Shown: positions 52,195 to 64,000 of the stretch, in pieces | Numbering within the stretch: position 1 is the first letter of the stretch | How the letters are laid out: each line of letters opens with the position of its first letter | NCBI GenBank assembly: GCA_000708835.1 | Contig: DF237164.1 | Location: forward strand, 62,001 to 126,000 | DNA length: 64,000 nt | Direction of reading: 5' to 3' | From: Klebsormidium nitens | Taxonomy: Eukaryota > Plantae > Klebsormidiophyceae | The notes under the pieces: model-generated | Seen by the model: the letters and a program-made list of their open reading frames with translations, nothing else | What the model was told of the DNA's origin: nothing | Databases searched by the model: none | Made by a program: the position numbers and the translations under genes

Positions 52195-55100
52195 ATGGAG
52201 AGCAACCTGACTCTCACCCTCGAAGCTCTGGCGCCCACAGGGGCAGTATTCACCACAGAGCAGGTCTCGGCGTTCCAGTACTCGCTGCCCCTCAAGAAGA
52301 TCGAGGCAGGCCTCTCGACGCTGCAGGTGGGCGCACTTGTTCAGCGTCAGCGTCCCTCGCTTAGTGCCGCGCTTCTTGAATGAGACGCGGCAAGCTCCTC
52401 GGAAGTTGTCTCTTGATAACATTGTTCTTTATTCGGTTGTGAAGGTCCCCGAATCGAAACAGCACGGAGGTTTGGCATGTTAGTAATCATGGCATTTTCC
52501 AATCAATAGAAAAGATTTTTGACGAACAATCCCTGACAGTGGGGCTCACAATTCCACGACACGGCATCGCTCTTCCCGCTGCACGCTCGCTTGCAGGAGT
52601 CTGATTCAGCCCATTGACGTGCAGACCAGGAGACTTATAGCAGGTGCTAAGGAGCGTGGTAGTTTTCTAATCCAATCGTCTTCCCTCCATTGGAGATAGA
52701 TTTGATCATCAAGATGCTTTCCCACCACTCTTGACCACTTTTCAGCTACTTTTGCAGCCATTCTTACCACCAAATTTCACAGCACTCTCCACTAATCGAC
52801 CACTTTGACCCACTGGTGACCCACGTTTTTCATTTTTGGACCACTTTTGACCCCATTCAGACCCACATTCGTGGCAGCCTAAAGCACACGAGAGGCTTTT
52901 GTCCTGAACCGCAAATGGTTGAAGGAATCATTGAACCAGACAAGAAGTACGTTCTCCTCGTAGAAGGGCACCTAAGCAACCACAAACCAAGCTTGGTTAA
53001 TGCTGATCTCTTCCTGTGGCATGAGCCGTTCTCTCTCTCCTGCAGCTATGGGGGAAGATACTGGCGGAGAACGGGAAGGATTACCTGCTCGCTCAAGGCA
53101 GCTCGAAAGCGCCGTTCCGCATGAAGAACGAATTCCAGTTTGACACAAAGTACTACTACAGGTGCGTAAGGGCAGCTAGCGACGGCTTATTTTTCGCTTT
53201 GCCTCTGAAAATTCCGCCTGTCCGTGTGAAGTTGCATCATTCGTCAAACTCCTCAATCTGGTGTTAGTGGGAAAAGCTGATATCGGATATCGTCCAAAGA
53301 AGTGACGGGGAAGGGAATCGATTGGATGGAAAATGGGAATGCGAACCAGAAGAGGAAGTTCGTTTTGGCTTCAAAGGCGCTGGGCGGATGATTGTGAACC
53401 AAGAAATCTAAAAGTCTGATTCTGAGTCCTGTAAACTTGACAGAGTGGGTCGTTCGAGAACTGCACAACGCGTCCTAGGTCGAACATTTCGCAGCTTACT
53501 AAGTCACAGGAAGTGACCCCTTTGAGGAGTTATTGGCAAGGAGTCAGGCAAGCGGACAGCCGAGATCAGACTTCGTGAGCAGGGCAGTAATAATCAAGGC
53601 TATACGAAACCTTTTGTGGTGTCACACCGTCTGCCAGTCTCCTACACCGATTTCGCAAATTTGACCAAGGGCCTGCATCAACGAGAAACGCTGGGCAGAT
53701 CAATTAGCGAGGCAGAATATCCTCAAAGCTTGACCCAAAAATATTAACGGAGTTTTGAGGGGGCTGGGCAATGTTACGCTGGGCAATGTTACGATGAGTC
53801 CTAACTTAGGAAGCGAGCAGTTTTCGATCGAAGCGGACCTCACAGCAGTAAAAACGAGATTCGATAAATAGTGCGAAAAGGTACCAATTCAACGAACCCC
53901 CTTGAAGTTACCCCGCAATTCCTCCAGTACAAGCACAACACAGAGCAAGCCACTCATAGACGTGCAGCGTTACCAAGCGTCTCTAAAAGCAACGCTTGCA
54001 TCTGACCCGCATCTCATTTATCCTTACAGCCAGGACGGTGTCAAGTGGCTCGACCTCCAGCCAGTCTCGCCTGAGACCTCGGAGCGCTGCGCGAGGATTA
54101 ACACCGGTTTCACGGGCGATGCTGCACACATCTACGAGGTACCGGAGCCCGTAGTACCCACCGAGGCGGTCCCGCCTCCCCCGAGAGAAGCCGAGGGAGA
54201 AGCCGAGGCCGAAGAAGGTGACGTCACCTCTCGCTTTTGTCTGTCGGGATGAGACGTCACTTGTAGGGTTAGCTTGGCAAGGAAGATAACCTTCTCTGGT
54301 ACCGAGAAGGAGAGGAGACCAGACCTACGTGCATGTTCTTTGCCTCGTAAATGAGGCCCTCGTGCGTCAAAGTGAGCCGTCAGTACACGAGCCATGGACG
54401 TCGGGAAAGTGCTACTCGAGGAAGAACCGAAGTGTTTTTCTTAATACCTATGCAATGCAGAAAACGAACGGAAAGTACGCAATGACTGCGTCAAACCTGC
54501 AAACCAGTGGTAGCACTCCCGCTGCTAGTCTTCCTTGAAAGCATCCTATTGTGGACTCGGTTTTCAAACACAAAAAGCTTATCTGATCCAAGATTTTGAC
54601 GGAAGTACAGCCAACCCCTGGTCAAGTTGGAAGAAACTCTCATTCGCTTCTCAACCCGCCTTTCCGTTGTTTTTGTTTCAGATGCTGAAGCGGAGCAGCC
54701 GGAAGCCGCCGAAGAACCGGAGCCCGCCCCTGTGAAGACGCATCCCGTGCGAGAGGTAAGATTGAGTCTTGGCAGGTTGAGGCACTTGTTTGTATCCTCT
54801 TCTCTTTAAAACGTCCGAGCCAGCGTTTGGCTCCTTCACAGAGCGCCAGAAATGGTTGGTGTGTGGGCGCCTCGATCTAATCAAACGGAGAAGGTTACAC
54901 CCGATCCTGGCTAAGAACCTCTATCCAAGTCCGTGATCATTCGTGGTGAAAAAGGCCTACCGATGGCGTGAGGGTTAGCACAACCATCGCTGTTTCGCAG
55001 CCTTTCAATCACTCGTTCATTGACCTGACATACTTTGCGGACTCAAAACCTCTTCCACCCAAAGCGGCACTCCTGCGACCCCACTTTGACGGCTGCTGCC

Positions 55101-57959
55101 TCTAACACCGCTTTGACAACTCTGTTCCGCAGATCGAGCGGCTCGCGGCCGCGATGCGCGCCGTCGACGCCGACACCGCGGTCGCGCCCGCGGGCGCCAT
55201 CGTCCTGGACGCGCGCAGCGAGCTCGTGTACAACAAGCTGTTTGCAGGTGAGCGGCGTCTTCATTATCTTCGCAGAATCTCTTCGTTTTTCTTTGCGTCT
55301 CCATCATTCAAGCTTATAGTTTTTCAACCACTTGCTGTTCGCAGGTCAGCATCGTCTTGGCTATCCTTGCCGAATTACCCGCTCTCGTTCATACAAGCTT
55401 GTTTTTCCCTAATCACTTGCTGTTTGCAGGTCAGCCGCGTCTTTGAAAGCTGTTGTTGCACTTTAGACTTCATTTGCATATCCTATCCGTATCTTACCTT
55501 CTCTCTTCACGAGCTGTTTGCCGATTAGCAGCCTCTAAGATAATTTTTACCGGCTCGTCCCTTCTGTTTGCACCTCCTTTAGTTGTACCTTTCTTGCTCC
55601 GTTCACCGATCGTCGACTGAAAGAGAGGGGCGTCTCTCTTTCCGTTCATCTCGTTCAAAGGTTCCCTTTCGGATTTTCTTGTATCATATCAAAGTTGTTC
55701 CGTCTTTACATGCTAAAGGCCAAGAAAGTGGCCGCCTCTTCCCCTATCTGTCTCCTCTTTTCGTCTTCTGTCCAATCTGTGCCTTCATGTTGTTCAAAAG
55801 CGGTCATCGAGCGAGGGGGCGCTTCTCCTTCATCTTTAGTCAAAGAGTCTGAGCTTTCCCCCCTGTCCTTTCACTTTTCGATGACTGCCGACTCTCGACT
55901 GATCTCAAGTCGAATCTTGTACGCACCTCCCTTGTTCTCTTTCATCCGTTCCATTTTTGCGAGGCTTTAACCGTCCCCGCTTCGCGAGATTTTGCAAGCT
56001 GGAGGCCTGCTCTTTTCGTGATCCCCTCTCCCTGTTTATTACAAGCTGTTTGCGAGTGCGAGGCAGCTTTCCCATCAAACCCGCTTTTCCAGAGTCGCAG
56101 TTTCCAAAGCGTTCCACATCCTTGCGGATGAGGAGCTCCTTCGGTCAACTCCCTTCGCAAAGCTTCTTTCGACCCTCTTCTTGTTCCCAGTCCCTCAAGA
56201 CTTACGGCTGCCGTCTTTGTTTCTACGTTGGCTGCCCTGTTCCCAGCAAACACCTTTTGTCTCAAGGAAATTGGCCGCCTTGGCTCTCCTTCTTTCGCCG
56301 TAGGTTTTTGATTTGCGACTTCACTGCAACGCACGTCATTCTAGTGACGCCGCCTGTCTGATCCAGTTAGGTCAACCCAAGGCACTTTCAGTTGACCTAA
56401 ACACAGGGCGCTTTCGCGCTTAATCAACACTGGTAAAAGGCAGTCCAACCATAAAATAAACATACACATAAACATAAACCAAATAAACATAAACCACCTT
56501 GTCTTGGTAGAAGGGGCACTTAATCAGCCACAAACCAAGCTTGGTTAACATGAATTTCTCCCAGTGAAACTTCTGCACAGTGTGGAGACAGCCAGCGGTT
56601 TCGTGAAGCGGGCGGCCGGAATGCACAAGAGATTGGATACGGTTCGTACAGCAGGGCTGAAAGCAGTAGCCAGTCCATGCTTTGGTCTCCACCTACAAAA
56701 GACCGTGCACGCTTACATTGTGCACCAAAGGATTCCGGCGTTTCCGCGCTTCGTGGAGATTGCTTTTGCCCAAAGTAACCTAGTTCATCCTCTGCTTGCA
56801 GGCGTCTCGTATCCCTCCAGCCTGGACTCCTACATCCACATTCTGCAAGGGCCGAACGGCGCTTCCCTCTCCAAAGACATCCAGGGTTCGTGTTACTGCT
56901 TCCTAACTTTTCCGTCCCTTTTCAATTCCTTCAAACGGATGAGTGTCGCCGCGCCCTAAGGTAATGCCTCTCGGCATGCTTTCTTCGGCGGCGAAAATAA
57001 GTCTCACATTGGGTTATATTCTTCTTTGAGGATTGTTACGCTTTGAACGAACGACACGCTTGGGCTTTCCAACCGCCCAATTGAGCCAAGAACGACGAAA
57101 GTGTGACCTTCTACCGGCCTGTTTCATTTCTTGAGAGCGAGTTGCGAAGTTAAAACCTGAATGTGCAGTACACGGTGTGTCATTCGCACCATGATTCAGT
57201 TGTCGACTGCTGTGATCCAAAGCCTGCCAGTGCAAAACAAGCTTTTGGCTCCGGACCGAGGGTTTCCGGGATCACAACGGCCACGTGCACCGGCTTTCCG
57301 AGTGTTTCCAAGTGTGTGATACTATGCGAGGACAGTTTAGACCAAGAACGTCGCGGACGAGCGATAGCGCTGCTTTGCTTTTGTTGTCCTGTCTCTAGAA
57401 TACTGTCGGACGGAAGGGAACGCGAGACCATCGTCTTCGTACTTTGGACTCCAGCTCTTACTTCCTTGCACAGAAGCGTTCTATCGGGCAACCTAGAAAC
57501 CGTTTCCGGCACTCGCGACGAATTTTCAAGTCGGTGTCCTCCTCTCAATCCTTCCCTCCTGCGGAAAAAAGCAGCCGCTTGGATGTCGCATCATTTGGAT
57601 TCTCCTAAAGTTTCTACTCGCTTAAAAAACAAGCGCGATCCAAGTCGACACACCGTCCTCGGCTGATCTTGTCAGCAGCAATTACCTACGTAGTATACTT
57701 TTGCAAATCGGACCTCCCGAGCAGTTTAGGGGACGAGATGGAGCCCCGTCCTGATCTTTGAACGTAAAACCTTACGAAGCGTCCTCCTTCGCTTGCAGGT
57801 CTGTGGAGTCTGCAGTACGACGAGTTCCTGTGCACGGCGACCGTCCGCAGCCTGTTGTGGCCCGGCTATTCGCTGTACTACAGTGCGTCCGACAGAACCT
57901 GGGGGTCGCTCTACGTCGGCAGCGGGCTCAAGAACGAGGACGTGGCGTTCATGATATGA
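52195..57959 (+). CDS. RSP9: Radial spoke head protein 9, 289 aa, 7 exons
   Basis: Exons 52195-52326, 53046-53161, 54030-54217, 54682-54755, 55133-55247, 56802-56885, 57799-57959; 870 nt, in frame. LKKIEAGL, LWGKILAENGKDYL, YYYSQDGVKWLDLQPV, VRSLLWPGY and WGSLYVGSGLKNEDVAFMI match the RSP9/RSPH9 family. Confidence 0.93.
52960..53000. repeat. RSP9 intron 1 copy of a 40-bp repeat containing the 14-bp palindrome aaccaagcttggtt
   Basis: Palindrome at 52985-52998; near-identical copy at about 56507-56548. Confidence 0.85.
55230..55530 (+). repeat. Decaying tandem copies of the RSP9 exon5 end plus donor (about 90-bp period)
   Basis: gctgtttgcag|gtgagc ends at 55247 (functional). gctgttcgcag|gtcagc follows at 55344, gctgtttgcag|gtcagc at 55429, and a degenerate gagctgtttgccg near 55515. 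Confidence 0.75.
56507..56548. repeat. RSP9 intron 5 copy of the 40-bp palindrome-containing repeat
   Basis: tagaaggggcacttaatcagccacaaaccaagcttggttaa; palindrome at 56533-56546. Confidence 0.85.
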
Positions 57960-59114
57960 TTGGATAAGCATGGAAACAAATACCGAGTTTCAGATCGACC
58001 TTCTCAGGCGTGGTATATGGTCTGTTACGGATCGGAATTGCGAACGTTTGTTGCGATGAGCAAGATACGTACGCTCGACTACAAAGGACACAACACCTAT
58101 TACTTCTTCAGTTCCCGCTCAGTCTCTAACTGACGTTCTGCTGGCCGGTCGGCACCGTTGCATCAGCCTGCACCTACTGAGCCTACCCTAGCTGTCTCTC
58201 CTGCCCCCCTTCAATCAAGTTGATGCGTTTCAAAAGATCATCTGTCTGCATGATGCCAGGGCGGATTGAGCTAGCATGGCAATTTGCAACCCTGAACCAT
58301 GACGGTTGTCTAAACGACATGCACTTCTACATTGAATTTGCACATTGCCATATGTTATAATACCGCACACAAGCTATGCCAAAGCTCACGCGCATGCCAG
58401 TTGATGACTTGTGCACAAGTTTCATGAAAGACAGCGCCTGCCTGATCCTGTATGCATGTCCATGAATCAGATTCAGCATGATCACATGCAGTCCGTATCT
58501 CAGTGTACGGTTCACGGCGCATGATCTTCCCGTAAACAGTCACGGCAGATTGACTGGCGCGGGCCCGGCGGCAGCTCCCAATCATATGTTTTGCACACTG
58601 CATGATGGAATTGTGTACTAACGGTCACTGCAATCGTTTACTGTTATCGCCTCAGGTATGGCTGCGCAAGTTAGTATGCGCTAGGAAGCCGCACGTGCTG
58701 GAAGAGGTCTGGCTTCAAGTACTGTCAAGCTACCCTGACTTTTGACAAGTTGAAAGTGACGCGCCGGGGGCCACAAGAATGAGTCGCTTCAATGTGCCAA
58801 CGAACTTTTTGCATCTTACGAGCGTATGCGGCAGCGAGACTGTCTGGCAGCGCACAGTGGTCTGCGGAACCTGCATTGCTGACGTGTAAAACTCAGGCTT
58901 GAAGCAAACACATTATGCAACAAAATGAATTGTCGAAATGTTGACGCTCGCAAATGTTTGATCAGCATAAAGAACTGTTCCAACGACAATCCAGAAAGAA
59001 TGGTGGGAGCCTAGACATCGTATCAAATCAGATCGGATCTCCCTTGATAACAAGTCTCATCTGATAGTAGGAACTGAAACGCATCTGGTTATGCACTGCT
59101 TGACTTGCGTACAC

Positions 59115-61415
<2,301 letters not shown>

Positions 61416-62030
61416 GGTTGCTGGTTAAACCGGAACAAGGAGGGCCAAAGGGGAGAGAGTTGAGGGAGAAGGCGCCCGAAGAACGTTGGAAAGTGGATCA
61501 CGAGAAGTGCAACGCCAGTTGAAGGATCGTTGAATGAAGCATTCCAATAATCAATTGCTCGATTTTGCAGCTACCGTAGATCATCTTTCTCCGCAATTTT
61601 CGAGTGTCCCCCGTTGACTGCAGTTCACCGCCCGGGGACCCTTACCATGGCACCGGGCAGCAGCACCTGGTGCAGCAGTACCGAGCACATTCTAGCGCTA
61701 CGAATTAGCTCACCCGCAGTCACCCGGGTCCTGTTCTTGCCCCTTCTGGACTTCCGGCGGCCATCCCCGGTGCTAGCTTCCACAATACGTAATTGCATTT
61801 TCGTATCACGTTGCGAGTCTTCCATCGAGATCAGCACATTTTTCGCGGGCCAGCATTTTTCGTGTTGCTCATGCTGCGCCTCTTCTGAGCTTTGGAACAA
61901 GCTAGCGTGGTCAGCATCCCTGTTTGGGGTGTACGTACAAGGCTTCAAAAAGGCGTGGGGGGTATTGTGTCCCTCGTTAAAGAGTCAAATTTTTTGCGTC
62001 GGAGTTGGGCTATATCTGCTTGCTGTTCGG
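61416..62030. promoter_or_regulatory. Putative bidirectional promoter between beta-tubulin 2 and ADF
   Basis: 615 bp separate the divergent ATGs. Function is inferred from geometry. Confidence 0.6.
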
Positions 62031-63468
62031 ATGGTAAGTGCGCGCTTTGTTGGCATCTTTTATCAGTGTTGGAAAAGTAGCTAAACCAGCCGCCTGCCTT
62101 CAATGATGGTGTTTGCTTTACTCATTCAAACGCGTATTGGTAACAGAAGCCGCTTTGCGTCTTGTCCATTTTGTTTCTTCCTGACAGATTCTTAGCTGCT
62201 TGAGCAGCTAGGTTGATGCTCTTTCCACTCGTGCGATGGGAAGAAATTTCTTCCGGTACACAAAAAATTGCTCTGCTTCAGCTTTGACAGTTTGGCCCAA
62301 CACTGTTTTTCATTGATGGGACTGCTTTTATTACGTGCGGTTTGTTTGTACATTGTCCCTGCTCCTCTGTCCCATCACTCCGAAGATGCTGATGCTGCAA
62401 CTTGTGGCACATTAGATCTGCCTCCTTTCTTTTCTAGGCTACCCGCATACATCCCCTTCTGTTTCCAAGAAGTGCACAATGTTGTCTCTCCCAGGCGAAT
62501 GCATCCTCCGGAGTGGGGGTGGAAGATGACTGTAAGCTAAAGTTCCTGGACCTGAAGAACAAGAGGGCCTACCCTTGGATCATCTTCAAGGTGGACGATG
62601 CAAAGGGGATTGTGGTAGTGGAGAGGCTTGGGAAGGCTGACGAAGACTACGAGGTCCTCCGCGCTGCATTGCCCGAGAACGATTGCCGATATCTTGTTTA
62701 CGACTACAACTTCGTCACGGAGGATAACTGCCAGAAAAGCAAGATCTTCTTCATCGCTTGGTAAGGGCCTTGCTGTTTGCTTTGCCAACCCTCGGGTGTG
62801 AAGAATTGTCCGTTCAAGGGGTGGTGGGGCAGGCTAAGGAAGTTGTGCTGTTGGATTGGTGTGAGGTGAAACCGAGAAACCCTTCAATCGCTAGGGTTCC
62901 AGGGGCAAATTTCCAGAGGCAATTTTACTTGGCTGTTAGTATCGAAGAGCAAAATTTAGGGTTTCATATACTGAGGAAGGATTCAGAAGTTCTAAACCAT
63001 TGCGCTTCATGCGGCGGGCAAGTCAAGCGGGCACACCATGTTGCTGTCACTATAACTTAATAGCAAAGTTGCCACGCTGAAACTTCGTAGTACTCTGGAG
63101 TACAGGGACGGGTGCTCCCAGAATTGTTGTCATCGCCTCAGTATACTTCGGGCTGCTCTAACCGTTTTCAGATCGTGCTTCTCACCACCTGAGATGCAAG
63201 TTGCTTTGGTTTCTGTGTTTTTTCTCAACATCCTGATGATGCTAGCAACACGTCTTGCTTCAGCATCTCTCCAGATTCCATTCAGATCAAACATGCAACT
63301 TGTCTCTTTTACAGGTCACCGGATACTTCGCCCGTCAGGCGTAAGATGATTTACGCAACCTCGAAGGACAGGTTTCGACGGGAGCTGGATGGAGTACAAT
63401 TGGAGATCCAGGCCACAGATCAAACAGAGATAGACATAGACGAGCTCAAGTCTCGGGCAAACAGATAG
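62031..63468 (+). CDS. ADF: Actin-depolymerizing factor / cofilin, 140 aa, 3 exons
   Basis: ATG-only exon 62031-62033 (ATG|gtaagt), then 62495-62760 and 63315-63468; 423 nt. MANASSG with the Ser6 regulatory site, [48 protein letters not shown]. This is the plant ADF exon structure. Confidence 0.96.
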
Positions 63469-64000
63469 CATTGTCTACCACGAACCGCGAGTCTGGATCC
63501 TGTGAGGACTTCAGATTCGAAGACGTGTTCCAACGCTCTGTCAATTGCTTGCTTCTTTTGACCGTTTGACCTTTTCGAGGACACGGGCTTTCTGTAGTTA
63601 GTGCTTCGAGGAAGTGTTTCGAAGCTGGTTGAGCATGCTTCGTATCCTTTCTCAGAGATGGTTCTATTGTATTCCTTGTGGTTCATGGAGTTGGCGCTGT
63701 AGGCAAATCTCACGACATTCACTGTGTCAACGTTCTTTGCATATTAGCTGTACTTTTTTTGCCCCAGAGCGGAACCAAGCGAGCCACATGGGTGCCAATG
63801 GCGTGCCGACGCTGGTGCAATATTTTGCATTTGGTTGCACTTCTGCTATCCTCGCCAAAGTAATCAAGGGTTCCAAGTATGTACTGCATGTATATGGATC
63901 GCGTAAACACAATATTGCATGCAGTGAGTCAGGCCGGCTCAATTGTCGATACTGATCCTGCCCGATCATGGGTCGCAACATGATAAGCGCGGGCCAAAAG

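Noticed and set aside
56440-56495. (TAAACA)n-like tract in RSP9 intron 5, possibly telomere-like
   Set aside because: Does not match the TTTAGGG-type repeat; a simple degenerate microsatellite.

Overview
Eukaryotic, intron-rich nuclear DNA with GT-AG introns. It combines plant-type gene structures (two-intron beta-tubulins, ADF with an ATG-only first exon, organellar oligopeptidase) with motile-flagellum genes. That mix fits a streptophyte alga such as Klebsormidium, which is an inference only. Nine genes were reconstructed exon by exon by hand, and in each the summed exon length closes the reading frame: a TM-anchored MORN protein, LSM12, RBM25, alpha-tubulin, two beta-tubulins, oligopeptidase A (OOP), CCDC61/VFL3 and RSP9. 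A tenth, ADF/cofilin, also closes. Main observations: (1) six of the ten genes are cytoskeletal or flagellar, including a head-to-head alpha/beta-tubulin pair and a head-to-head beta-tubulin/ADF pair. (2) The two inverted beta-tubulins rise in identity from 5' to 3' (about 91%, 96%, 99% by exon), their intron ends do not match, and they differ at the axonemal EGEF motif (EGEF vs EGEY). (3) Exon-intron junctions, splice sites included, have been tandemly duplicated repeatedly into the adjacent introns (four junctions in OOP, one in RSP9), leaving graded series of decaying decoy splice sites. (4) An unannotated multi-exon orphan gene probably lies at about 41-43 kb. No tRNA, rRNA, CRISPR array or intact transposase was recognised.
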